From: Leptogorgia sarmentosa
Lineage: Eukaryota
Reading direction: 5' to 3'
Assembly (NCBI GenBank): GCA_964658305.1
Contig: OZ210885.1
Coordinates: forward strand, 4,464,001 to 4,528,000
Length of the DNA: 64,000 nucleotides
The translations under genes and the position numbers were made by a program. Positions 48,011 through 60,909 of the stretch are shown here, in pieces (position 1 is the first letter of the stretch; every line of letters starts with the position of its first letter). Below the pieces are notes generated by a model, which saw only the letters and a program-made list of their open reading frames with translations, made no database searches and was not told where the DNA came from.

Positions 48011-50840
48011 TTATTATTATTATTATTTAAATATATTTAATCACGGTAGCCTTTCAGTTTCCTGGTTTTCAAAGGGCCGCGAGTAACAAATAAAATCTAA
48101 ATACTAAGAAAAATACATATTTACAACAAATACTGTTCTAGACAATTAATATTACGCTATTTACAAATGAGGATCAAATCTGCGCGCTCCCCTGGCAAAG
48201 TCATTGGGCTTTTAAAAGTCGTTTAAATGCAAGTAATGAATGATTTTCAAAATCATGGACAATTTCATTTGGTAATTTGTTCCATGCCATTGCGCCACGA
48301 TATAGAAAGCTTTTCTTTAAGAAATTTGTTTTAGGTTTTGGTAGATAAAGCTTTCGATCGTTGCTTCTCAGTGTGTAAGTATCGTTATGACAAGTGTGAA
48401 ATAAGTCTGATATGTATGTTGGTGTCATTTTTCGTAGAGCCTTAAATACCATTACTTCTTCACGTTGGTCAAGGGTACTTTTAATTGGCTGCCATTGTAG
48501 CCTATTTAATATGTCTGAGCTTCTGACATCGTAATTCGAACTGGTAATAATTCGTGCAGCTCTTTTCTGTAATTTTTGTAACTTGTCAATGTGTAATATT
48601 TCCTTGATGCCACACTGTTGAACAATAAGTAAAGTATCATGGTAGAACTAATGAGTTATATAATGTAATTAGCCCGTTTTCTGTCGTGCATTTTTAGCCC
48701 TTCTTAATAGGGCAATATTTTTTGATATTTTCTTGCATTGAGTGTCGATATGTTTATGCCAGCTGAGATTCTCGCCTACAAATACTCCAAGAAATTCCTT
48801 TTTTTGATACTCTCTTTATCTTATGGTCCCCAATACGAATTTCTGGGTCCGAAAGTATATTTTTAAGCCTGTTCTGGGAACCAATGATCATGTACTCTGT
48901 TTTTTTAGTATTTAATGTTAATTTGTTCGATATTAGCCATTTATGGACATTGTCAAGGTCTGTGTTAATTTTCTGCTCAATATCCGCTGATGATTTTCCA
49001 TTACAGTTTAAATTAGTGTAATCAGCAAACATCAATGCGTCCGTGGTAGTCAAACAGTTGGGCAAGTCATTAATATAAATCAGGAAAAGTAATGGCCACA
49101 AATTTTACCCTTGCGGAACTCCGCAAGTGATTTTGGCCACTGTTGAAAATTCCTGATTAATCTTACAGACTTGCCTTCTTTCTGAGAGATAGGATATAAA
49201 CCATTGCAATGTCAAACCTTGTATTCCGTAAAGATTTAATTTGTCAATAAGAATCTTATGATCTACCGTGTCGAAGGCTTTCTTAAGGTCCAAAAATAGC
49301 AAGCCATTGATAAAGCCCTTGTCCATATTTATAAGACATTGATTTGTACTGTGTAAGAGTGTGCTTTCTGTAGAGTGCTGAGTACGAAATCCGGATTGGT
49401 TTGTTGGCAATAAATGATTGTCGTCAAAGTACTGGCTTAATTGTTTGTATACAAGTTTTTCGAAGACTTTTGCAACCGCTGAGATTGCTACAGTCTTTCC
49501 TGTCCTCTGATTTATAGATTGGAGTCACTTTAGCATATTTTAATTCGTCTGGAAATATCCCGGTGTTAATAGAAAGGTTGAAAATGAAAGTCAGAGAATT
49601 AATTATGGTCTCTCCTACAGATTTTAAAAGTTTGAAATTTTGTCAAGTCCTGATGATTTCTTAGCTTTGGTTTTGTCAATTTCGTTTTTAACATCAACAT
49701 AAGTGAAATCCTTAAAGCTAAATGTATTCGGTCCAGGCTTTATATAGCTTAGAGGGTCAATGTTATTGTTGGGCAAGTTCTCGCATAGCTTCGGACCAAT
49801 AGTCGAAAAGAATTTGTTAAATTCGTCCGCGATATTTTTATCTCCGGTAACTGTTGTATGTCCATTTTCTAGCTCGTTGATTATGGTGGATTTAGACTTT
49901 TTATTATTTAATAAGCAGTTCGTTAATTTTGCTGTTTTCTAACTTGTGCTTAAAATAATTGGATTTTGTATCTTTAATAAGACGGTTTAAATTATTTCGA
50001 CAGTCCTTGTATAACTTGTGGTATCTAGGAGAGTTGTGCCTTATTGCTTTCTTTTTTAAGTAATCTCTATGATGGCTAAGGGACTTAATTTCGCTTGTCA
50101 CCATGATTGTATTCACTCTTAACCTTTCGCTTTTTTAATGGAGCGTGGTGATCAGCAATTTCCAGAAAGGTTTCTTTCTATATATGCCAGGCAGCATTAG
50201 CATCCGTGCAATTATATAGTTGCGTGGAGTTAAATGCGTGGCTAAGGTCTTGTTGGAAATGATCATTGTCGAAAAATTTGAATTGCCTTGTTTCTACTAT
50301 TTTTGGCTTACTTTTAGGAACGCTAACTTTTCGACATAGGTATACGATACTGTGATCACTGAGTCGATTATTTTAGTGTCGTCCATTTTAGTAATTATGA
50401 TGTCTAGTAGTGTTTTAGATGTAGGGGTGATTCTGGTTGGATCTTTAATATTTTGCTGAAGTTGGTATTCAGTCAGTAAGTTGTCTAGTTTAGCGGTATG
50501 CTCATTATATTCAGTTGCTAAGAAGTTACAACTGAAGTCACCCGTTATGACAATGTCTTTGTTCTCGTCATCCGCTTTCCTTAAGAAGTCGTTGAAAAAA
50601 TCAAGTAATTCTATGTTCGCGCTTGGTGGACGGTACCATGTGGACATTAGCAGTGCTTTACTCTTTGGTTTTCTGATTTCAAGGCATAATGCTTCAACAT
50701 TAGTTACTAACAAATCATTGCGCTTTGTGTATGGAATAGTACTTCTTACGTAAATAGCTACACCTCCCCCATTTCGGTTCCTATCTCTTCTAGTAAGGTC
50801 ATATCCTTTAATCTCGACTTCGTTATTGTCTATAGTAGGC
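48011..50840 (-). mobile_element. 5'-truncated CR1/L2-type LINE, degenerate
   Basis: APE fragment (GGGVAIY, YRPP, GDF), RT motifs DLKKAFDTV and GVPQG, (TAA)n 3' tail at 48011-48026. Confidence 0.9.
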
Positions 50841-51109
50841 CTACTCTGGGGTCTAAACTCGCCCAAACTCGCCTAAACTCGCAGCATATTGAAAGGATCT
50901 TTTACCCTTAACTCGCCCAAACTCGCCTTACTTAACTCGCCTTAACTTACAATTATTTAACAACTATTATTACTTATGACAAGTTTTCAAACACCATGGC
51001 ACAATTAATGTGGCAATAGTTTTTATCAATGAATGAACACCTGAGCTTGTGCGCAAAGGCATTATATTAAAACAGAAGCAACCTCATTAACAACATGCTT
51101 TGAGTACTA

Positions 51110-51669
51110 CAGGGTGTCTCAAAAAAAGGTAATCGAACTTTGGCATGCCATTGTGCGTTAATTACTGGGTGTACGAACGTGATTTTTGCATGGTCATAAA
51201 TTTCAAGGTGTTAGCAGTTGAATGACATATTTCTTGTACGATATGGAAGAAAATCAGGCAAATGCGAGCGTGTTGGAAAATCTCGGTGAAAAACGCATTC
51301 TTTCACCTCTGTGCCTAATTAAAGCAGTGCCATGCGAATGTGTCATGGTAACAAAGATTTTATCAGGATTATTAATAATTATGCATAATCAGGTCGATTG
51401 TTGAAGGGAAGGTCCTCATCTTCGAGTCCGAGGGAGTTAATTTTGAATAAGTTTAGCTGCAATTCTCAGAGGTGAAAGAATGCGTTTTTCACCGAGATTT
51501 TTCAACACGCTCGCATTTGCCTGATTTTCTTCCATAGCGAACAACAAATATGTCATTCAACTGCTAAGACCTTGATCTTTATGACCATGCGAAAATCACG
51601 TTCGTACACCCAGTAATTAACGCACAATGGCATGCCAAAGTTGGATTACCTTTTTTTTGAGACACCCTG
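51110..51669. mobile_element. Tc1/mariner-type MITE with inverted arms of about 200 bp
   Basis: CAGGGTGTCTCAAAAAAAGGTAATC termini with TA flanks. Confidence 0.92.
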
Positions 51670-51940
51670 TATATTAAAGAATATTGATTGTTTGCTTATT
51701 AACTTATTAACAAAGTTCACATTCTGCAGTTGCAAGCCTGGTCTAATTTTTAGACACTCCGAAAGTATCTCAAGCTAGTTGTAAATACTAATATTCTCCA
51801 ATTGTTTAATTACCAGCATCATGATGTATAAATAATTAATATGTTAATTTGATTTGATTTGAATAAATTACATACGTTGTCTGATTGATCCTGGAACTCC
51901 ACTAGGCCCACTACGCTATATTATGTAAATTTTACCTTAC

Positions 51941-52187
51941 CTTGGTGGCAAACGGCCGGCAACGTCGCTTCAGAGTGTCTGTTTTTAGGTTCCTTATCCA
52001 AGGTTTCCCGCTCAGACTCTGCTGACGAATAAGACACATCTGATGGCGAAATTCTAGATTGGGCCCTTTTTCGCCGATGTCTCTTGGATCCCGAATGACT
52101 TCGCCGTTAAGAGCGTGATCGTGACCTCGACACTCTAGATCTTGACCTCCGTGAACGACTTCGCGAGCGACTCCTCGAACGACTTAG
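51941..52187 (-). pseudogene. RS-rich exon remnant
   Basis: SRSRSRSRSRSRRSRSRVSRSRSRS*RRSHSGSKRHRRKR.. ends at a GTAAGG donor at 51940; abuts a LINE tail. Confidence 0.5.
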
Positions 52188-55100
52188 ATAGATAGATAGA
52201 TAGAAAACTTTATTTAATCACGCTTACAACGTCAGCCGTAGCTGGTTTCCACGAAGGGCGTGCGAATTACAAAATTTAGAAAAGTAAGGTATTAATGATA
52301 CAGTATATGAACAAATATAAGGTCTGCTGATGCTAATTTTACTACGACTATTACAAAATGTGTTGCTAATATAATACTAGTCCCCAAAAAGTTTAACTAT
52401 TTATATAAAGGTTTATAAGTGTTGTTACAAATTAAGTATATACATTTACATTTTATTTAATTTCATGAACAGCGATTCTCTTAACAAATTGTGAAAATGT
52501 CCCACTTTGCCTAATTTCAGCGGGCAAAGAGTTCCATGTTGATGCGCCGTTGTAGCTGAAGCTCTTTTTTAAGCTATCAGTACGGGGTTTGGGTAGGCAA
52601 ACGGCTGATGATATGCCTCTAAGATTATATTTTGGTGTTTCTACGTTTTTGGGAGTAAATATTTTTGAGAGACTTTTTGGTCCTTGATCATTTAGAACTT
52701 TAAACATTAATTTAGCTTTTGCTTTTTTTCGTTGTTCTTCAAGTGTTTGCCATCCCAATTTTTCTAGAACAATTTTGTGATCAACATCGTTACTTATTTG
52801 AGTAATAGTTCGTGCCGCTCTGTTATGTAATTTTTGTAAACGAGTTGATTGAGTTTTTCCTAACACATCCCAAACTTCGCAACAATAGCTAAAATGAGGC
52901 TGTACAATGGCATTGTATACAGAGAGGAGTGAGTCTTGGTCAACATATTCGGTTAGTCGTCTAATGGCACCTATACCTGAGGAATTTTTTTTGCACAATT
53001 TCTCAATATTACTTTTCCAACTTAAATGTTGATCAACACTCACACCTAATGTTTTGCACTCGAAAACTTGTTTAATTTTTCTGTCGTCTATTTTGATATT
53101 TATTTCTGTATCTTGTGTCTTATGCAACATATGTTTGGAGCCTATTATCATAAACTCAGTTTTGGCAACATTGAGACTTAATTTGTTTGTGGTCAACCAT
53201 TCTTTAAGGTTGACTAACTCTGAGTTCATGACGGCTTCAACATCAGCAATTGTTTCACCAATTGCAGTTAAATTAGTATCGTCAGCAAACATCCGAGGTC
53301 TGGTCTTGTCTAAACATTGTGGCAAGTCATTTATATATAGTAGAAACAACAATGGTCCCAATATAGATCCTTGAGGAACACCACACGTGATTGTGCTTTT
53401 AGAAGAAATTGAGCCGTTTACTTGACATATTTGGGTTCGATTTGATAAATAGGAATTTAGTAGTGACAGGGCATTCCCTCCAATTCCATAAAGTTCAAGT
53501 TTCCGTAACAAAATACCATGGTTAACAGTGTCAAATGCTTTTTTTAGATCTATAAATACTACTAAGTTAAATAGTTTTCTGTCCATGTTAATATACCATT
53601 CATTTGTGCAATCTAATAAAGCAGTGGCAGTTGAGTGTGATTTGCGAAAACCAAATTGATTTTCGGAGAGCAATTCATTTTCGCTCAGATAATTATATAA
53701 CTGATCATAGAGTAAACGTTCCATGACTTTGCTGATAGCAGTTAAAATTGAAATTGGCCTGTAGTTTTCTGGTAAATTTCTTGACCATTTTTGTAAAGAG
53801 GAGTAACTCTTGCTGTTTTCCATTCATTTGGGAATGTACATTGATCAAGAGTTTGATTAAATAGGTATGTTAATGGTGATGCAATAATTGGTGCTGATAT
53901 TTTAATGATTTTACTGGAAATCGTATCAATACCAGTTGCTTTATTAGTTGAGAGTTTACTTAAAAGATGGTAAATGGTATTAACAGTTACAGGATTAAAT
54001 GCTGTGAATTCAGATATGGGTGGTTGGATAAAGTGTTCAAAATTGCAGTCATTTGTTGGTATTATATCTGCTAAATTTTGACCTATACTGACCTAAACAG
54101 CAATCTCTTCTGGGGATTGTAAAGTATTATTTGATATTTGAAGTTCATTTATTATTGTTGGTTTATTGTTTTTGCGTCCTAATATTTGGTTAATTGTCTT
54201 CCAGGCTTCTTTTGGGTTTGCTTTTTGACTGGCTATTTTATTAGAATAATAATTTGTTTTTGCTTCTCTTAATTCTTTATTCACTTTATTTCGTAATTGT
54301 TTATAGCTTTTCCAATCAGTTTCAAGGCCTGTAATAATTGCTTTTCTTTTAAGTTTATCTCTTTCATTCATCAATGTTTTTATATTGCTTGTTAGCCATG
54401 GTATTTTATGAGAACGAACTTTCTTGGTTTGGATCGGTGCATGTTTATTTAATATTTCTAGGAAAAGCTCTTTCCAAATTTGCCATATGTTATCAGGGTC
54501 ATTTTCCAAAGAAATATACATATTCCCATGGCTGATTTGCAAGATCAGCAAGAAAGAGGTCCTGATTGAATTTTTTCATATTCCTAATTTCTATAGTATT
54601 TACCTTTTCTTTCTTAACATTGTTTATTTTCCTTATTGCAAATATGAGACTGTGGTCACTCATACCTGTGTATGACATGACACCAGAGCAAGAAATTTTT
54701 TCAGGCCTGTTTGTCACTACATGATCAATGAGTGTGGCAGTTTGTATATATTGCTTCCTCAATTAATTGTGACATCTGATACATTTCGTATACAGATGTC
54801 AATTTCTTAGTTGGTGCATCATAATTTTCTTTTTTCAGATCACAGTTTAAGTCACCGAGTATAATTGTTTCTTTCATTTCATAATCAATTGATTTGATAA
54901 AACTTTCGAAATGTGTAAAGAAATCTTGTGATGCACTTGGAGGTCTATATACTGTAAATAAAATGAAAAGTTGACTATTGGGTTTCATAATTTCTAGACA
55001 TACAACCTCCAGTTGATCTGGTACTAAATCATTTCTAACCTTGTAATTAATTGAGTTACGAAGGTAAATACAAACGCCACCACCATTTCGAGCTCTATCT

Positions 55101-56330
55101 TTTCTGACAACATCATAACCATCAATGTGGATCATATTGTCAGTGATGGTCGAATCAAGCCTAGTTTCGTTTATAGCAAATATGTCAAGTATTTTGTTTG
55201 ATAGAAAGTGGCTAATTTCATCTATTTTCTTTGGGAGGCTTACAATGTTTAGGCAAGCCATTTTAAATCCTCTTTTGTTTGGAATGCAGTTAAACCTGTT
55301 GAGAGAATCATTGCTCATGTGGTCATCAATCTGGCTATGATTATTATTTAATATGTCATTCGAGTTACAAATTGAAGGTATCTGGTCCATTCCTCTCGAG
55401 CATTCTGGGGTCTCGGGTATAAAAAATGGTTTGGATACAATGAAACTAGATTACTTGCTTTTGGCCTAAGAGATTTAAGATAAGAGCAAAAAGCTTGGCC
55501 CAACACTCTGTCTCCATTTCTGTTTAAGTGTAAGTTAGATTTATTTAACAGGGATTTGTCTATGTTCCTGTTGTCAATAAAACTAACCTGATGTTTAGTA
55601 CAGAGTTGCTGTAATGAATTGTTGAGAGAAGTAATCTTACTTGGAAGTACTTGGTAATCATATCTTCTTACCACACTTGAAACTCCAACATTGTCAGCAT
55701 GGTTCTTGGCTTTTATGATCAGGCTCTCCATTTTGTTTGCCACTGCGTCTGCTTCTTCATCTGGCAAGTTGTTTGTGCCAACGTGTAGTACAATGGCTTC
55801 ATAATGCTCGCCATCGTTACACCATTCACTCTCTAGTTGATCTTGTAATTTCTCTACAGTGGCTCCACTGTATGTCTTGCAGCTTGATTTCATTTTGGCG
55901 GCTCTGGAAATTTTTTTCTCATCGATGTGTTTAACCATATAAACGCCCAGGATTAATACTTCTTTTGATGACTTTGCCTTTGGTGGATCATTATTCTTGG
56001 TATTTTTCATTGGAATTTTGCTCGACCTTTTTGGGTTATTAGTACCGTTTATGTGGTTTTGTTTGTGGCATGATCTGTATATGTTTATCTGTTCAGTGAA
56101 CTTGGTCATCGGGTTTGCGGTTGTTGTTGTGCTCGAGGATGGGTTGCCATTCTCTTCATCACTGAGGAGGGGTGAGAATCGGTTTCTTGTTTCGATCGGC
56201 GGTGATTTGATCTGGTAGTGGTTTGTGTCATCTTTATGATTTTTTGTTTGTGCCTGTGGGATGGTCTTGGTTGTGGTTTTCCCCGAGCCTCGAGATTCAG
56301 CTTGAATCCATTGGTTTTGTTTTATATCGA
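52187..56330 (-). mobile_element. CR1/L2-type LINE with SGNH-esterase-like ORF1 (55348-56109) and APE-RT ORF2 (52453-55390)
   Basis: LHVGTNN and NLHLN esterase blocks; INETRL, GDLN, DLKKAFDTV, GVPQGSILGP and FADD; (CTAT)n tail at 52187-52203. Confidence 0.92.
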
Positions 56331-57700
56331 GTAAATTGGCTAAACAGGCTAATTAAGATTCAATCGTAGCCAACTACTTCTGGCATCATGTATAAGAGAT
56401 TGATAAACGGAGAAGAATGAAGGAATGAATATATTGAGGAACGTTACTCGATTATGCCACGTTCACATAGAAAAGTGCTCTACATGTGTACACTGTAAAT
56501 TTCTGTCAGAGTTCTTTAATGTCACAACAGGATAATCACTGGGATAATCGAAAGGATAATCACTAGGATTACGCAGAGCAATCAATAGGGTTAAACTTGG
56601 TTTTAGAATCAGGATTAGAGATTCGTTGGGATTGTTAATGTGGGAAACTGAGCCTATTTAATCGTAATGAATAAATTTTCCGCTACTTTAATTCGCATGT
56701 GCTCCAATGCAAAAGAGCCATTTAATCACAATTTCAGTTTCTCAATAAAACATTTAATCTGGATTAAAATCAAGTGTTAATGAGTTAATCTACATCATAT
56801 GTACCAAGGCAGTCATAATAACCAAAACTTCCCACCTGTACCCCCCTCGCGGAGTTTGTCCACCCTGTATATTATTCATTTTCGGTGCAGGAAGTGCGTG
56901 CTCCTGCTTTTAGGCCATTTAAGGGGAAAACAGGAACCATGTGATACGAAGACGTTGCAATGGGGAATTTAGAAAGAAATTGTCTTCACTGACCGCTCTA
57001 TAAGTATTATAAATACTCTAAAACGTACGACAAACACAGCTATCGTGAAATAGGAAATGCGCACTAGCAGTGTCATACTCAACATTACATCATCTTGACC
57101 TCCAGGAATTTCATCAGCCAAAATTACCATTGTCCAACTTTATACTAAATTCACAAACTTCTAGTTCAATGCTTTCAACAAGGCTGACATTACCATGATG
57201 AAATTTTCAAATAATGCAGTAAATTTCTTATTAGCTACATGTACACTAATTCGAATAGAACGTTTGGCTACATTTTGTTATTTCTATAGTTGTGTTGCAA
57301 AACCAATGATTGAACTTAAAACGACATGCACCATGCATTAATTGTAATACTTGCTCAATCATGAGAATCATAACTAAAAGTACTATTGATGTTTAATTAT
57401 GTCCAAAGGCGAAATGCAGTTTTTTAAATTCTTTTTGGTGTAAACAATAAACGTAGCGTTATTTCAACCCTGTTTCATATTACCTTTTCAGCTGTCGTTC
57501 TTGAGTATTTTCCTCCAAAGCAACTCATTCTTGAATGTACTTCTTCACAAGACTGTGTTCACGGATATATACGCTTTTCTGCTAAATACGTCTCCAATAA
57601 GCCGGGCTATTATTATAATCACATGCATGACTGACTTTCCAAGAAAAGGCGAGACAGCAATGTTTTTCTTTCACTTTCTATTGCCTCTGCTCTAATCCTG

Positions 57701-59094
57701 GGGTTAGGATAAAACGCGGATACGGATGGCGGACGGCGGATACGGATGGCGGATGAAAATGGCGGACGAAAGATAAAACGCGGATGAAAATGGCGGACGA
57801 AAGATAAAACGCGGATGAAAATGGCGGATGAAAGATAAAACGCGGATGAAAGATAAAACGCGGATGAAAATGGCGGACGAAAGATAAAACGCGGATGAAA
57901 GATAAAACGCGGATGAAAATGGCGGATGAAAGATAAAACGCGGATGAAAATGGCGGATGAAAGATAAAACGCGGATGAAAATGGCGGACGAAAGATAAAA
58001 CGCGGATGAAAATGGCGGACGAAAGGTAAAACGCGGATGAGAAAAGTTATGCTATTGTTGTTTCTAGAGCATTTTCAGTATTTTCGAAGCTTGAATTTGT
58101 GAGATTCATTGCCGTCGTGATCAATATTGACTTGTGATAGTTCATTTCTAGCTGTAATATTTACACTTCTCACAGCTTCGCAGACGGGCGCACGGCTTAA
58201 TGTTTTCAAATCTGCCCGGCAGCAACGCTTTCCCAAAGCTGTGTGCGTGCATGTGTAAACAGTAGCGCACACTTGTCGCTGGTTTATATTTATCTTTATA
58301 GTTCGTGTATGAAGTGTTTATAAATTGGATTGTTTTACTTAAGTCCAGTTCAGTCCCTGTGATATTCTGTCGCGTGCGCTATGTATAGCTAAATGCTTAT
58401 AAAATGTAGTGCCTTTTTCCACTTTCGGGATGTCGCTATTCGGAGGTTTGTCGACTGAAGATAAAGATACAACCACAACGTCTGCGACCGGGTTTGAAGT
58501 CAACGGCTTGCCATGTTTTAAATACTCTAACTTGGTAAATAAAGATGAAATAGGTCGAGGCGGCTTCGCAGCGGTTTTCATTGCAGAGTTATCTTCTGGT
58601 GGCCAAAAAGTTGCTGTCATGAAGTTCCCTCACATTGAAGCAGAGTCTCATTATGACTATCATAATTAGTCAATATTGATCGTGACGGCAATGAATCTCA
58701 TAAATTCAAGTTTCCAAAATACTGAAAATGCTCTAGTAACAACAATAGCATAACTTTTCTCATCCGGGTTTTATCTTTCGTCCGCCATTTTTATCCGCGT
58801 TTTATCTTCCATCCGCCATTTTCATCCGCGTTTTATCTTTCGTCCGCCATTTTCATCCGCGTTTTATCTTTCGTCCGCCATTTTCATCCGCGTTTTATCT
58901 TTCGTCCGCCATTTTCATCCGCGTTTTCTCTTTCGTCCGCCATTTTCATTCGCGTTTTATCTTTCGTCCGCCATTTTCATCCGCGTTTTATCTTTCGTCC
59001 GCCATTTTCATCCGCGTTTTATCTTTCGTCCGCCATATTCATCCGCCATCCGTATGCGCCGTCCGCCATCCGTATCCGCGTTTTATCCTAACCC
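57701..59094. mobile_element. Foldback element with inverted arms of about 440 bp containing 30-bp tandem repeats
   Basis: Termini GGGTTAGGATAAAACGCGGATACGGATGGCGG on both sides; units GATAAAACGCGGATGAAAATGGCGGACGAAA; arms 57701-58140 and 58658-59094. Confidence 0.92.
58430..58626 (+). pseudogene. Protein kinase N-lobe fragment inside the foldback
   Basis: EIGRGGFAAVF (Gly loop) and QKVAVMKF (subdomain II-like); nothing of the kinase follows. Confidence 0.7.
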
Positions 59095-59588
59095 ATTTAG
59101 AGCCTCCAGATCGCCGGAAACGGCCATTTCAGAGTGTTAACCAAAGCCTTAACACCCAGAATAGAGTATAGAGGTCTTAGATTTTGTACAACCACAGCTT
59201 GCGAACTAACCGCACACGGACATAGACAACAGACATATACTTTTACATATTTAACTTTTCTACTCTCTCTGTGATTTAATGACATAAATGGAAAATTTCC
59301 CGACCGCTTTGGCTTGGTGTCACACCCTACCCCCCCCCCCCCCCCCGCTACGCCCCTGATAATGTCATGTGCCAATGTTTGAGTAGCCGTTTTGAAGTTA
59401 TTCTTACGTCGTCTTTGACGTTTTGGTCTTGGATTAATTTGACTAACTGGCGAGGTTCAGAAAACACGTCGTGACGCCAAAGAAGACGAAAGAATTTACT
59501 TCGTGAAAAACGGTGAAACGCCCATCTACGGATATCCCATTGAAGTATATACAACTGGAAGGCTACCTTATTAACACAGAGTATCATA

Positions 59589-59779
59589 CAGAGGTGTAAC
59601 TCAATAAATTTAATATAATTAAAGTAACATTTTTCAATTCGATCGGCAAGAAATGATCAATTACGCATGCTTGGCAAGTTTAAATTTAGTCGTCATCAGT
59701 TCGTCATTCAATCAGATGCACGCATCCAGTAACTTGCCGAGCATGCGCACAAAAATAGTGGGTACAACAGACACCTCTG
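59589..59779. mobile_element. Small TA-flanked MITE
   Basis: TA-CAGAGGTGT ... ACACCTCTG-TA; internal inverted GCATGCT.GGCAAGTT. Confidence 0.6.
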
Positions 59780-60026
59780 TATGAGTAATTACTGTGTTAT
59801 ATTATACAAATAATGAATGTTTATGCATGAGTGCAATGGAATGTTCTACGTCTCGACCAATGCCCCTCGTCGGGAATTAGTAAAAGTGAAAACACTGAAA
59901 TATGCTCTCAATGAACTGGATTTATTGTCATAGCTTTAGGGAAAGCGTTATCACAACGCAAAGCTACAACGTTTAGTCGAGTAATGTTGTAAATACTGAA
60001 AATGTAATTTGCGTATTTTCACACTA

Positions 60027-60655
60027 CAGGGTGTATCAAAAAAAAGTTTACTGATGAAAAACATTCTCTAAACTAACGAGCGCTCAAAATTTCCAAAAAC
60101 TTTCGGTTAGCCAGGGTAGTTTAACACCCTCTGGTATATCTATCACTAAGTTTATTTTAAAAACAAACTTTTTTAGCATGGGAAATGTGGTTATTGAAAG
60201 GCCCATTAAAAACGGCTTGCGCGGAAAAAATAAGTTTTCTTCACACAATTTGATTTAATCAGATGAAAATATGGAGTATGATATACAAGCTATTCAAGTT
60301 TTGAGAAATTTTGTGCACGCTGAGACGAACGTGCGATGTCCGAAACCTGGATTTTCCGCAATTTCTTCGCGTAATTACGGACCTTTGGGAATTAGCTTGA
60401 ATTTGCATTGGTAATTAATGCAAATATCCAATTATGCATAAATTAATCGGTAATCACGCAAGAAAGAACGCAAAATCCAGTTTTTGGACATCGCACGTTC
60501 GTCTCGGCGTGCACCAAATTTCTCAACACTTGAATAGCTTGTATATCATACTCCATATTTTCATCCGATTAAATCAAATTGTGTGAAGAAAACTTATTTT
60601 TTCCGCGCAAGCCGTTTTTAATGGGCCTTTCAGTAACCACATTCCCCATTCTAAA
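60027..60655. mobile_element. Tc1/mariner-type foldback MITE, right end lost
   Basis: Left end TA-CAGGGTGTATCAAAAAAA; inverted arms at about 60178-60380 and 60450-60650. Confidence 0.75.
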
Positions 60656-60909
60656 GTAGAATCATACTCGTATACTATTGCAAATGCTGCAATTTGATTG
60701 GCTACTCTACTCGCTATCTATTCCTCGATAGATAGCGAGTAGCAAAACATGTGAATTTTCGTTCAAGAAAATGTCTTCTGAGACGCGGTTTTAAATTATT
60801 TTTTGCAATATTTTCATGTTTGATCTCTGATTCTACTAAAACAATTAGATTACAATTAGAAAATAAAAATCTCGAGCTCGTAATCTAATTGTTAATTATT
60901 ACTCATGTT

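Noticed and set aside
57701..59094. Regular 30-bp repeats suggesting a CRISPR array
   Set aside because: There are no unique spacers, the repeats are contiguous and mirrored in inverted arms, and the context is eukaryotic with no cas genes.
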